Positions 18,601 to 28,571 of a stretch of 64,000 nt of DNA are shown here, piece after piece (the stretch's first letter is position 1; every line of letters begins with the position of its first letter). Below the pieces are notes generated by a model. The model saw only the letters and a program-made list of their open reading frames with translations. It did no database searches and had not been told where the DNA came from. The stretch is from the NCBI GenBank assembly GCA_040218735.1, contig JAVJQW010000023.1, positions 512,001-576,000 on the forward strand. The letters run 5' to 3'. The DNA comes from Deltaproteobacteria bacterium (GTDB lineage Bacteria > Myxococcota > Kuafuiibacteriia > Kuafuiibacteriales > Kuafuiibacteriaceae). The position numbers and the translations under genes were made by a program.

Positions 18601-20436
18601 CTAGCGACTCCCTTCGAGCTTCTTCTCGAGCTCTTCGATCTTGCGCCCTTGGGACTCGACGAGACGAGTGAGGCGCTCCAGGAGAACGCGTTCATCGACG
18701 CGTGACTTCAGCTTCGACATCTCCTCATCCTGCGTCGACGCCTCCTTGCGGAGCTTCTCCACGTCATCCCGGATCTGGTCTGTCGAGAGCACGGCACCAA
18801 GTCCTTGCGCCAGCCCGTCCTCGGCGTCCTTACCGACGTGCTTCATCACCTTCGCCGCGACGCGCAGAACGCCGTCGATCCCGGCGCCGGCGAAGGCGGG
18901 ACGCGCGATGCGTTCGAACAACATCAGCTGCGGGAGCAGGGCTCGGTCGTTGGCGTCCAGGTAGAGCGCTTCGCCGTTGACGCTCTGCCCCATGAGCCCC
19001 GCCGAGAAGGCTCGACCGTTGAACTCCGCCGGATCACGTTGGAGAGAGTTCGAGATCACGATCCGTTGCTTCCCGAGCTTCTCTTCGCCGTCGTAGCCCG
19101 CGGGCGGATCCTCCATCCGGAACTTTTCGGGCTCCCCGGGACAACACAGCTGGTGAAAGAGTGTTCGCACGAGCCGAGCGATGCCGAACGGCGCCAGCCA
19201 GTACCTCAGGTTCGGCATCGTCATCGCGACCTTCCGCAACGGCGTCCAGTTGCAAACGCTCAACACCGAGCACGCGGCGCCACGCCGCACTCGCACCGAC
19301 GCCAGCGGGACGCGACGATCGTGCGTCGGAGCCGGGCACGCCGGGAGCAAGGCGCCGCACAGGCAGTCGAGCGCGATCCGTTCGACGACCCGGAGCAACG
19401 CTTCGGCGGTTGCTTCGAAGAGCGCCCCGAAGTTCACCGCATCTTCGCGCGGACACTCGATCGCCTTCAGCTCCGCGAGGAGGCCGCAATCGTAGCCGGG
19501 GCTGTTCATCAAGTGCGATGCGAGCATCTGCTTCGTCGCACGCGCCCACGAGTTCCACGCAGCCGGCTGCGCGTCGTAGTTGCCGAGCGCGAAGGACCCC
19601 GGCGCATCCGGGAAGCCGTCGATGAGCGGTTGGAGACAACACGCGAACCGCTTCGCCATCGCGGCGTCCCCGAAGTCGAGCTCGAACAACGAGCCGCCCG
19701 GCTTCTTGCGTCGCTCCACCTTCGGCGCCCGGAACACCGTGTAGCGGTACGATTCGCACTGCACGGTCGGCTCGCACTCGGCAGGGGCTCGACGCGGCAT
19801 GGTCGCCGGCGGAGCAGCGGAGCTCGTCTCGCAGCTGCACGCACCGGAGCCACATCCGCCGCAGCCGCAGCTCGCCTTGCGTCGATCGGGCCCACGGAGC
19901 GGCGAGATGCCGCGCTGCGGAACCTCCGCGTACTCCAACGCGAGGATCCAATCTTCGTAGGCATCCGGACAGCTCAGGTCTGCGCCGTACGGCCGGCAGT
20001 CGACTTCGCGACGCTCACGCCCGACGCAATCGTCGATCAGACCGCAGACGTCCACCGCGTCGGGAGCGCAGACGACGATGTCGTTTCCACAGGGGTCGAT
20101 CGCGTACCCGGTGCTTACTCGCACCGAGCCGCCACACGGGTCGCAGCTCACCTCGAGACCACAGACCGTGCCCCAGTCGTGCAGCATTCGATTCCTGAGT
20201 TTGTTCTTCTCGACGATGTAGCGGTCGAGCCGCCGAAGGTCGGCCTCCGTGAGAAGTTGCCCGGCGAAGAACCGAGGGCGGCACAGACACTCCAGTGTTC
20301 CGCACTCCGCACACGCGGGTTCCTCGACGGGACACTCCATGTTCGTGCCCCAGTTGCGTCCATCATCGGCAGTACGCCATCGCGCACTCTCGACGGTTCC
20401 GCAGGCGTTGGATCGGCTCGTTCGTCGACTCGTCAT
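18601..20436 (-). CDS. Cys-rich eCIS fibre/baseplate-associated protein with C-terminal coiled coil
   Basis: RPRFFAGQLLTEADL..LHDWGTVCGLEV..GYAIDPCGNDI domain shared with its neighbours. AAGGGGA RBS. Alternative start at 20340. Confidence 0.7.
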   Translation of the reverse strand: MTSRRTSRSNACGTVESARWRTADDGRNWGTNMECPVEEPACAECGTLECLCRPRFFAGQLLTEADLRRLDRYIVEKNKLRNRMLHDWGTVCGLEVSCDPCGGSVRVSTGYAIDPCGNDIVVCAPDAVDVCGLIDDCVGRERREVDCRPYGADLSCPDAYEDWILALEYAEVPQRGISPLRGPDRRKASCGCGGCGSGACSCETSSAAPPATMPRRAPAECEPTVQCESYRYTVFRAPKVERRKKPGGSLFELDFGDAAMAKRFACCLQPLIDGFPDAPGSFALGNYDAQPAAWNSWARATKQMLASHLMNSPGYDCGLLAELKAIECPREDAVNFGALFEATAEALLRVVERIALDCLCGALLPACPAPTHDRRVPLASVRVRRGAACSVLSVCNWTPLRKVAMTMPNLRYWLAPFGIARLVRTLFHQLCCPGEPEKFRMEDPPAGYDGEEKLGKQRIVISNSLQRDPAEFNGRAFSAGLMGQSVNGEALYLDANDRALLPQLMLFERIARPAFAGAGIDGVLRVAAKVMKHVGKDAEDGLAQGLGAVLSTDQIRDDVEKLRKEASTQDEEMSKLKSRVDERVLLERLTRLVESQGRKIEELEKKLEGSR

Positions 20437-20448
20437 CTCGTGGTCCCC

Positions 20449-22833
20449 TTACTGAAGCAACTCGAACCAGCTCTCGAAGATCCCGCCTTCGATGCCATCT
20501 CCGGTTCGATATCCCGGCGCTCCGAACCACGGCGGCAGGTGGTCCGCGTCCAACGCGGGGCCCGGTGCACGGCCCGATCTGAACTCTCGAATGAAGTTCC
20601 CGCGCACGGTGATGCGAGCCGCACGGTAGATATCCTTCGACGAGAGGTTCGCGAGTATCCAAACACCGTCGACGGCGTTTCCTGGAGGGACGCGCGGCAG
20701 ATCCTCCCCGTTCACGTTGGCGACGTCACACCGATTCGGCAGGCGCACCGGTCGAATGACCTCGAGGTCACAGTCACACCAACAGAGGTCGGCACGGTCC
20801 CCCGTGTCTCGGGGCGTCCGTATCGCGACCGAAATGGAGAAACCGTGCAGGTCGTCGGAGTACACGGGGCGGTCGAAGGCGATCAGGAATCCCGACCGCA
20901 TCACCTTGGGCAGCGAGACGGTCCCCGCGTGATCCCAGCTGATCGCGCAGATGTGCGCCAAGTCCTGCGACAGCCCGGTGCCGTCGTCGCCCTTGGGCCC
21001 TCTCAGCCCCTGAGGCCCGCGTGGTCCGGCGGGGCCCGCGAGCCCCTGCGGTCCCTGTGGACCCGCTCCCCCCGGCACACCGGGCGGACCCGGTGGGCCC
21101 TGGAGTCCAGTGCCTCCGCCCCCACCCCCGCGACAGAGGCAGCGCACCGCCTCTGCGATCGCCTGCGTGCTGGGCAGGTATCGGCGCTCCTCGGTCACGA
21201 TTCGCGCGTGGGGATCGGGGACGGGCCGAGCCCCCGGTGCCGGCATGTCGAGCACGCGGCGCCCTGGCCGGTACCCGACAATGCGGGCGAGGAGCACGCA
21301 GTCGTCGTCGCACGCCGGACACGCGGCGCCGTCCAAGATCGCGCAGCAGTCGCCGATACGAATGTCGAACACGGCGACCCCACTCGGGGCGCCGTCGACG
21401 TTGTTGGGGATCAGCACACGGGCGCCGTCGTCCATGAACGTCATCGGGCCGGCGCGGGGCCCGATCGTCACGGGTGGGATCGAAGATGGCGTCGTCCCGC
21501 GGCGCAGCGCTTGAAGGTCTACGACTTCGAACACGTGACCCGCACCGTCGTCCTCGACGACGAGCGCCGCGTGACCGCCATGGACGGCACGAGCTCGAAG
21601 GGGCTCGTGTTCCAGCGCAAACGACGCCAAGCGCGGCTCGACGGCGGTCGGATCGAGGATGTAGAGGAGCTGCGCCGCTGCGTCGACCCCCACCAGAACG
21701 TCCGGCGCCGTGCTGCGGACAACGGTGACGTCGCGGAGTGTCACTCCGGCGATCGCAGCCGTCGTGTGGCTGAGATCGACGGTCGCGAGGGTCACGAGAT
21801 CGCTGCCGTTCGCGACCGCGTACGCGCGCGTCCCGTCGCTGCTGAACTCGGCGACCGTCAACGGGTCGCCGACGTCGACCTCGTGCTGCGGCGTCGCGGG
21901 GTCCGCGACACCGACGTCCCAGCGCTTCACGATCCCGGTACCCATGACCTGAGCCATGAGACGACCGTCAGGCGCGGGGTAGAGCACGACATAGCCGGCA
22001 TCCGAGTCCGGAATCTCGCCGTCGCGGACGACGCCACCTGCAAACGCCGCGGTGTCGATCGCGGCGAGACGCCTCGGTCCCGGGTCTGCAGGATGCAGCG
22101 CCACGTAGAGCTCCGAGCCATCGGCGGCGAGCGCAATCGTGTCCGCCGGAACACCGAGGTCGAGCGTCGACTCCACCCCCATCGTGTCGAGGCGAACCCG
22201 GACGATCGTCGACGGCGCCGGGAGGTCGCGCGTCAGGACGTAGGCCAGACCGGCGTCCTCGTCGAGGACGACCTGTGTTGCGCGTTCGACGTTGAGGTCC
22301 GCGATCCGAGCGAGCTCGAGCGAAGCGCCGTGCAGGTGCCGAAGCGGCTGGTCGACCTTCGCCGTGACTTGGAACGACTCCAGGACTCGGTTCGGCGCGC
22401 AGGCCGTGTCATCACAGCCGCACTCGTCGTAGAGCACCGGGACGTCCTCCGCGTAGCACTCCCGATACTCGAGGCAGAGGTCGATCGTGTGGTCGCGATC
22501 GTCGGCGATGGCACGCACCTCGGCGAAGTCCTCGAGCACGATCGAGTCGGCGTCGACGACCATGATGTCGTGACCGCAGCAGTCGATGGCGCTCCCGGGT
22601 AACAGCTCCAGCATTCGATCCGGGCACTTGGCATGCTCGCGAACCTCGAGGCCGCACACGATCCCCGTGCCGTGCAGGCGCTGATGATGCAGCCGAATCT
22701 TCTCCACGAAGTAGCGCTGCTCATCGGTGAAGTCGCGCTCCATCATGAGCTTGCCGGTGAAGTAGTTGTTCCTCGACGGACGACTCGGCTCGCAGGTTGG
22801 ACACGTACTCTTGAACTTGGTGGTAGGCGACAT
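20449..22833 (-). CDS. eCIS fibre-like protein with beta-propeller-like region and collagen-like GXY repeat
   Basis: RNNYFTGKLM..DFTDEQRY..LHGTGIVCGLEV N-domain. YncE-like blades (ALAADGSELYV, FSSDGTRAYAV). About 14 GXY triplets. Start moved to ATG 22833. Confidence 0.7.
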   Translation of the reverse strand: MSPTTKFKSTCPTCEPSRPSRNNYFTGKLMMERDFTDEQRYFVEKIRLHHQRLHGTGIVCGLEVREHAKCPDRMLELLPGSAIDCCGHDIMVVDADSIVLEDFAEVRAIADDRDHTIDLCLEYRECYAEDVPVLYDECGCDDTACAPNRVLESFQVTAKVDQPLRHLHGASLELARIADLNVERATQVVLDEDAGLAYVLTRDLPAPSTIVRVRLDTMGVESTLDLGVPADTIALAADGSELYVALHPADPGPRRLAAIDTAAFAGGVVRDGEIPDSDAGYVVLYPAPDGRLMAQVMGTGIVKRWDVGVADPATPQHEVDVGDPLTVAEFSSDGTRAYAVANGSDLVTLATVDLSHTTAAIAGVTLRDVTVVRSTAPDVLVGVDAAAQLLYILDPTAVEPRLASFALEHEPLRARAVHGGHAALVVEDDGAGHVFEVVDLQALRRGTTPSSIPPVTIGPRAGPMTFMDDGARVLIPNNVDGAPSGVAVFDIRIGDCCAILDGAACPACDDDCVLLARIVGYRPGRRVLDMPAPGARPVPDPHARIVTEERRYLPSTQAIAEAVRCLCRGGGGGGTGLQGPPGPPGVPGGAGPQGPQGLAGPAGPRGPQGLRGPKGDDGTGLSQDLAHICAISWDHAGTVSLPKVMRSGFLIAFDRPVYSDDLHGFSISVAIRTPRDTGDRADLCWCDCDLEVIRPVRLPNRCDVANVNGEDLPRVPPGNAVDGVWILANLSSKDIYRAARITVRGNFIREFRSGRAPGPALDADHLPPWFGAPGYRTGDGIEGGIFESWFELLQ
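20980..21110 (-). repeat. Collagen-like Gly-X-Y coding repeat
   Basis: GLQGPPGPPGVPGGAGPQGPQGLAGPAGPRGPQGLRGPKGDDG. Confidence 0.9.
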
Positions 22834-22846
22834 GGTCGGGGCTCCG

Positions 22847-24925
22847 CTACTCGATGATCGAAGTGAGTCCGACGCGCGCACGGCCTGCGGCGGCGCGGTC
22901 GGTGTCTTGGGGTCGGTTCGAACCGACGATGTTGGTTCCGCCCGTGTTGAACGAGGCGATGGCCGTGGGTGCGGGCGCGGCGGCGATCGCACCGTCGTAG
23001 CCGATCATCGACTGCACGCCGATGCGGTACCGAGGCTCGACCCAGCGCACGTCGACCTTCACGTGCCCCGGCGACTCGAGGTCGACGAGGCGTCGTACGG
23101 CGCGCCGATCGGCATCGGTGCGCGCCATCGCCGCAGGGAGGAAGACCGTCGCGCGGTGCGCGAAGTGGTGAAAGGGATCTCGCTTCGGGTCGCGCTCGGT
23201 AGCGAGCTTCGTCCGGCCCAAGCTCGCCGTCTCACCGAGCTGACTTCGGCCCACGATCTTCTCGCCCCAAAGGCGAGACTGATCTCCGAGCCGTCCGCCG
23301 TCGACGAACAGCCAGCGCCGGAGTTGGAAGTGTTCGAGCACCAGCGGAGGTGGACACCACCGGTCGACCGCGGGCGCGTCGCAGCGCCCGCAGGGCGGGC
23401 ACCGAGGGCAGTCGTGGTCTTGGATTCCGAGGTAGACGAGCACGGCGCGTCGGAGGCCGTCGCGCGTTCCACGTTGGGCGAACAACCGACCGGCTTCGCG
23501 TAGGTACCGACGACGACGCTCCACGGACCATGTCCGATCGAACGTGATGCCCACCCAGCTCCCGAGCCAGCTCAGAAAGTCGGGCGCACCTGCCGGCGCG
23601 CTCCGCGCGTCGAAGTAACTCGACTGGTCGTCGAGCACCTCTTCGATCTCCCGAAATCCTCGATCGAAGATCCCGAGGAATCGGTCCAGGAAGTCCGCCG
23701 AGCTCTCCTCGCCCCGATAGGCCGCGGGGAGGAAACGGCTGAGGCTGATCCTCGGCATCTCGACCCGCACCGCCTCGATCGTCGGCGTCTCGGCGCCCCC
23801 GCCCTCCAACTGGAGGGCGAGCGAGAGGTAACGTGCGCGCGACGATCGAATCGCAAAGTCGACGCGCGCCGTGTCGTCTTCGAGCGGCCCCTCGAAGACG
23901 GGTCCGGACACCCACGGAGGCGCGCCGACGGGCGGGAGCGCGTCGACGCGCGCGTGGCTCTCGGTGAGGGTCCACGCTCGAATCCGAGTCCGCTCCGGGA
24001 GCCGGAGGCGCAGCTCTACACGATCCCAGACGCAGCGCTCGATTCGGCTGTCGAGCGGCTCCGTCACCCACGAACCGAGTGACTCATAGCGAGCGCCCGT
24101 GCCCTGCGGAACTTCGGGGAGACGAACACCTTGGTCGTCGAACGCCACTTCCCCGTCGTCACAAGGGATGACGATGGACGCCCCTCGCACCTCGAACGGG
24201 AGCGCGCGGAACCGATGCGCGATCCGGTCGCGGCGCGTGACACGCTCCAAGCGCTGACCAGAGAACGACAGAACCTCGACCGCGCCGGCCCCGGGCGCCA
24301 CCACATAGATCCGACAGACTTCGTCGAGCGCGACTCCGGTGACCCCACCGAGCCCAGTGATGCTGCGAAGCAGCCGACCGCGACGGTCGAACACATGGAC
24401 CGCACCGCCCAGGGGGTCGGCCACGTAAAGCCCCTCCGGCCCCACCGCGAGTTGGCGCGGGCTCCATGCGCGACCGGAAGGCAGGGCGAAGGCGGTGCTC
24501 CGAACGAGATCAGGCAGCCGCCGAACGACGATACGATCGTCCTCGATCGCGTAGAGCGCGTCGCAGCTCACGACGATCGACCGCGTACGTTCGGAGGCCG
24601 TCGCGCACGGCACCACCTCGAACGCGCAAGTGCAGGGATCGAAGCGCAGGAATCGACGGCCCCGCGCGTCCCAGAGGTATAGCCCCCAACGTTCGTCGAA
24701 CGCGAGTCGGTCCGGAGGAACGAGCCCGGCCAGACCCGTCGCTGCGTCGTCGAGCGGCGGAACCGACGCGGCGCTCCGAGGGAGCACCAGGGCGCCCGAG
24801 ACTGGATGTGTCTCCACGGGGTTCGCGATCGACGGACGCGTCCGCCAACCCGTGCGCCCGTCCATGACGATCGCCAGCGGGTCGTGCGGCGGTCGTCGTA
24901 CGACTGGATATCGAAGCCCCGTCAT
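22847..24925 (-). CDS. Baseplate wedge / phage tail protein I-like (P2 gpI-type domain) with N-terminal NHL-like propeller
   Basis: LSRFLPAAY..FLDRFLGIF..FLSWLGSWVG..RGTRDGL motif. LAVGPEGLYVAD..VHVFDRRGRLL blades. Confidence 0.8.
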   Translation of the reverse strand: MTGLRYPVVRRPPHDPLAIVMDGRTGWRTRPSIANPVETHPVSGALVLPRSAASVPPLDDAATGLAGLVPPDRLAFDERWGLYLWDARGRRFLRFDPCTCAFEVVPCATASERTRSIVVSCDALYAIEDDRIVVRRLPDLVRSTAFALPSGRAWSPRQLAVGPEGLYVADPLGGAVHVFDRRGRLLRSITGLGGVTGVALDEVCRIYVVAPGAGAVEVLSFSGQRLERVTRRDRIAHRFRALPFEVRGASIVIPCDDGEVAFDDQGVRLPEVPQGTGARYESLGSWVTEPLDSRIERCVWDRVELRLRLPERTRIRAWTLTESHARVDALPPVGAPPWVSGPVFEGPLEDDTARVDFAIRSSRARYLSLALQLEGGGAETPTIEAVRVEMPRISLSRFLPAAYRGEESSADFLDRFLGIFDRGFREIEEVLDDQSSYFDARSAPAGAPDFLSWLGSWVGITFDRTWSVERRRRYLREAGRLFAQRGTRDGLRRAVLVYLGIQDHDCPRCPPCGRCDAPAVDRWCPPPLVLEHFQLRRWLFVDGGRLGDQSRLWGEKIVGRSQLGETASLGRTKLATERDPKRDPFHHFAHRATVFLPAAMARTDADRRAVRRLVDLESPGHVKVDVRWVEPRYRIGVQSMIGYDGAIAAAPAPTAIASFNTGGTNIVGSNRPQDTDRAAAGRARVGLTSIIE

Positions 24926-26895
24926 CGGCCGGCCTCACCGTCCGCCTCGTAGCGAATGTCGAACGTGTGATCGCCGCTCTCCGTAAGCGCCCCGGGTGCC
25001 AACAGGAGGTCGGCGCACGTGACGGGATCCTCGCCGTCGAATCGTAGCTCGACCTCACCGACGCGACGTACACCGCTCTGGCGCATGAGGCGGTGGAGCA
25101 CCAGCCCGTAGCGGATCGCTCCGCCGAACGGCCATCCGTCTCCTTCGCCGCCGGTGAGGGGATGGAAGTAGGTGTCGAGCGCTCGAGTCGCCTCGCTCCG
25201 AATCTGCGCGAAGTCCTCACCCTCTTCCGCGATGATCTCCGCGTGGACATGGACCTTCCGATAACAAGGCGGCACCACGAACAGCTCGGTCGTCGCCAAG
25301 CGTCGTTTGTCGAGATGCGCACAAATTCGCGCCAGACGATCGCGGCCGGGCAACGGAGCCGGCCCCTCGACGTCCGGAACGACGATCACGCTGATCACGC
25401 CCGGAACCTCGATGCCCGGGAACTTCGGATGCGCGAACGGCAACGCCTTGGCTCGGCGCGCACCCGCAGCGCGGGCGAGTAGCTCGAAGTCCTCGGCCGT
25501 CACCGCGCGCTCGCGGCTCTTCAGAAACTGCGGTGCCCGGTCGACGGCGTCGTCGATCGACTCCTCGTCCTGTCCTCCGTGGGCGGCAAAGAGGTTCGTC
25601 ACGCGCCCCGGGTCGACACCCGGCACGCTGGCGAGCACCGCATTGAGGCGCCCCGCGCCCACGTTCCCGCGAGCTCCACCACCGAAGCGGTAGGAACGAG
25701 CCACGATGCTCGACGTCGGGCGGCGGGGATTCGCGGAGGGGATGCGACCGCGCCGACCATCACCCGCGCGGATTCGGCCGGTCGCGGCGTCGACCGCGAC
25801 GTGTTCGTCGAGGGGCCCCGAACCCAGGAGGTCTTCTCGCACCGACCATCGAACGGCGGTCTCGTCTTCATAGACGTCGAGCTCCAGAGAGCCGGGGACG
25901 ATCGGAACGTTCCGAAGGTGCCACTCCTGATCCGGTCGCCCATCGCTCCCGGCGACGATCTCGTCACGGATCGTCTGCTCCTGAACGACGCGCACGGTGT
26001 TCGTGCGGACCGCGACGATCCGCGGAGACGCATCCAGCCCACTACGTTCGAGTCGCGCCCGAATCCAATGACGCTCTCGGTCGGTCGCCGAGCCCATTCG
26101 CGCCAACGCGATCTCCCCGGGCGCCGGTGCCCCGAGCCGCACGTGTCCAGACCGCGTGAGGCCCAGAGTCTCGTCCGCGCGCACCGCGAGCGGCTTCCAG
26201 AGCCGACCGTTCCAGTACTCCCAGGCCAGCGCCGTCGTGGCCGTCGGGCCCCGCCGGGATCCACAAGGCTCCGCCTCCACTGCGAGCTCCTCACCGGCGA
26301 GGAAGAAGGCCAGGTCGAGCTCGACCTGCGGGAAGGGGGCCGGTGTAGAGCTCGGGTCGCGGAAACCCAGGTACAGGGCGTTGCCTTCGACGGGCCTGCG
26401 CCCAAAAGCGTCGAAACCCACCGTCGCCTCGGCGTTCACCAGGCTCTCGTCGAGATCGCCTGTTTCGATACGCACCAGCACGGATTCGAGCGTCATTCGG
26501 AGCGCGGTCAGGGACCGTTGCGTCTCGAAGATGATGGGCCCCTCGTCATCGGCATCCTGCGCCGCGACCTGCGTGGCGATGGGAATGTCGACGATGGGTT
26601 CAGCGTAGGCCGGGAGCACGCCGAAGGTGACCTCCGAGGTCGCGGGACGCGCTGGCTCGAGCTCGATTCCGACCATCTCCAGAAATGCGAGATAATTGCG
26701 CTCCGGGATTCGGTTCATCCGGAACACCATCATCTCGGTCATCCAGGAGAACAGTTGGATGAGCGTGATGCCGGGATCACTCTCGTTGCGGTCTGTCCAC
26801 TCGGGCGCGTACCGCTGAATTCGACGCAGCGCTTCTTCGACGATGTCGTCGTAAGTACGGTCGTCGAGACGCGGGATGTGATCGGAGAGTGGCAC
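24922..26895 (-). CDS. Baseplate J-like assembly protein (Afp11/gp6-like)
   Basis: PRLDDRTYDD..PEWTDRNESDPGITLIQLFSW, GSDGRPDQ, GDGRRGRIP, RAVTAEDFE and GWPFG motifs. Confidence 0.92.
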   Translation of the reverse strand: MPLSDHIPRLDDRTYDDIVEEALRRIQRYAPEWTDRNESDPGITLIQLFSWMTEMMVFRMNRIPERNYLAFLEMVGIELEPARPATSEVTFGVLPAYAEPIVDIPIATQVAAQDADDEGPIIFETQRSLTALRMTLESVLVRIETGDLDESLVNAEATVGFDAFGRRPVEGNALYLGFRDPSSTPAPFPQVELDLAFFLAGEELAVEAEPCGSRRGPTATTALAWEYWNGRLWKPLAVRADETLGLTRSGHVRLGAPAPGEIALARMGSATDRERHWIRARLERSGLDASPRIVAVRTNTVRVVQEQTIRDEIVAGSDGRPDQEWHLRNVPIVPGSLELDVYEDETAVRWSVREDLLGSGPLDEHVAVDAATGRIRAGDGRRGRIPSANPRRPTSSIVARSYRFGGGARGNVGAGRLNAVLASVPGVDPGRVTNLFAAHGGQDEESIDDAVDRAPQFLKSRERAVTAEDFELLARAAGARRAKALPFAHPKFPGIEVPGVISVIVVPDVEGPAPLPGRDRLARICAHLDKRRLATTELFVVPPCYRKVHVHAEIIAEEGEDFAQIRSEATRALDTYFHPLTGGEGDGWPFGGAIRYGLVLHRLMRQSGVRRVGEVELRFDGEDPVTCADLLLAPGALTESGDHTFDIRYEADGEAGR

Positions 26896-26899
26896 GACG

Positions 26900-27298
26900 T
26901 CAGGTCCCTTCCGTGAGGTAGAAGGGGTGGACGAGGTTCTTGACCGTGTTCGTCGAACGAACGCGGTAGTCCACGCGGATCAACAGGACGTTTGATTCCT
27001 CCGGCACACTCTCCACACGAACGCTCAAGATGTCGGCGCGAGGTTCGAACGACACGAGGGCCCTCCGGACTTCGTCGGTGACGATGCTGCGCGTCTGCGC
27101 ATTGTTGGGCGCAAAGAGCAGGTCATGGATCCCACAACCGAACTCGGGATTCATCATGCGCTCCCCTTTCGCCGTGGAGAGAATGATGAAGATCGACTCC
27201 TCGACCTTCGCCTCCTGACGTTCGGTGGCGATCCCACCGCGACGGTCGACCTGCAGAGGGAACTTCCAGCCGCTCCCGAGATGTTCACGCGAACCCAC
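26900..27298 (-). CDS. GPW/gp25 baseplate protein (Afp9-like)
   Basis: LGSGWKFP..SIFIILSTAKGERMMNPEFGC..FEPR..NLVHPFYL. Confidence 0.93.
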   Translation of the reverse strand: MGSREHLGSGWKFPLQVDRRGGIATERQEAKVEESIFIILSTAKGERMMNPEFGCGIHDLLFAPNNAQTRSIVTDEVRRALVSFEPRADILSVRVESVPEESNVLLIRVDYRVRSTNTVKNLVHPFYLTEGT

Positions 27299-27299
27299 G

Positions 27300-28043
27300 T
27301 CAACCTCCCAGCGCCGCGGCTGCGGCGCTCATCCCTTCCGAAGCGGTGCGCAACGCGTCCACGAGCTCCTCGAGGGCTTCGACCGAATCCGTATCGCCAA
27401 CCTCCGGCAAACCAGGAGCCTCGGCGCCGATCAAGGCGATCATGGGTTGCAGCAAACCCATGATTCCCTCGAGCGGAGCCAATAGACCGACCGAATAACT
27501 CATCGACGTCTGCATGTTCTGACGCGCATCATCGAGGATCTTCTGAAGCGCCGGATTCCCCTCTGCCGCCTCCATCGACGCCTGGATGTGCTTCATGGAC
27601 GCCACCACGTTCTCGAGTTGCTCGACGACGGCCCCGAGGAGCTTCGCCACCAACGCGAGGCAGTCGCGCACCATGGGGAGAATCGAGGCCTGGGGAATCG
27701 CGAGAGGAACGAGCTTCGTGACGTTCTTGATGAAACGCTCGATCGCCTCCGGTGGAGGGAACGGAAGCCCTGAGACGATCTCCTGTAGGGCCTTGAACGT
27801 GTCGATGATCGTGATGATCGGATCCAGCGCCGCCAGCAGTGGCCCCATCTGCCCGAGGAGGTTCATCAGCGTGGCGGTGTCGTCCGCCGCACCCCCAGAG
27901 AAGTCTGGGATGCCCTTGAGCACGGCTCCGCCCGGCAGCGTCACCTGAACGGAGCCCACGGGGGGTAGCGCGAGCTGCGCCAGGTCGGGCGCCTCGAGAG
28001 CACTCGCGAGCGAGGCAGGAAGATCGATGTCGATATTCGCCAC
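27300..28043 (-). CDS. Hypothetical alpha-helical eCIS protein between spike and gp25
   Basis: 247-aa ORF tightly packed in the operon with a GGGAG RBS. Amphipathic, Leu/Met-rich helices. No PAAR motif. Confidence 0.75.
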   Translation of the reverse strand: MANIDIDLPASLASALEAPDLAQLALPPVGSVQVTLPGGAVLKGIPDFSGGAADDTATLMNLLGQMGPLLAALDPIITIIDTFKALQEIVSGLPFPPPEAIERFIKNVTKLVPLAIPQASILPMVRDCLALVAKLLGAVVEQLENVVASMKHIQASMEAAEGNPALQKILDDARQNMQTSMSYSVGLLAPLEGIMGLLQPMIALIGAEAPGLPEVGDTDSVEALEELVDALRTASEGMSAAAAALGG

Positions 28044-28052
28044 GGTGCTCCC

Positions 28053-28571
28053 TCAGATCGGCCTTCCGTTGGGTAGAACCGTCCGCGTCGTACCCATCGC
28101 CTTGATCACCACCTGTGAGCCCGAGAGCTCGAGCACGCCCGGGGTCTGGATCGAAATCTTGCCGTTCGACATCGCGATGACGTTGTGATGAGCGTCCTCG
28201 ATGATGAGGGCGCCCGAGTCCCCGTCGACCTCGGTGGAATCGACGAAGCGAATCGTGTGTCCGTTCCGCGACCTGATCATGCGCTGGCGGACGTCACGAC
28301 TCGGCGTGTCGTGCTGCCCGTTCCACATGAAGCCCACGACGTAGGGGTGTGCGAAGTCTCCGTGCTCGAAGGCGAGCAGTACCTCGTCGTCACGCTCCGG
28401 CATGAAGAACAAGCCGCTGTCGCCGCCGGCCATCGGCGCCGCAACCGATGCCCAGTGGCTCTCGGCAGTGGAATCCATCCAAGGATAGCGAACCTGAATC
28501 CGACCTCGGCTCTCCGGGTCCTCGACGTTGGTCACCGTGCCGATGACGACTCCGCTGAATCGTGTGCTCAT
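28053..28571 (-). CDS. Phage baseplate assembly protein V / gp5 OB-fold spike (C-half of split VgrG/Afp8)
   Basis: GVVIGTVTNVEDPESRGRIQVRYPW..WASV..GLFFMPERDDEVLLAFEHGD..PYVVGFMWNG. Confidence 0.92.
   Translation of the reverse strand: MSTRFSGVVIGTVTNVEDPESRGRIQVRYPWMDSTAESHWASVAAPMAGGDSGLFFMPERDDEVLLAFEHGDFAHPYVVGFMWNGQHDTPSRDVRQRMIRSRNGHTIRFVDSTEVDGDSGALIIEDAHHNVIAMSNGKISIQTPGVLELSGSQVVIKAMGTTRTVLPNGRPI

Noticed and set aside
18805-22602. 1265-aa plus-strand ORF
   Set aside because: It is an Arg-rich antisense shadow of the fibre genes, typical of high-GC DNA, and has no recognisable motifs.
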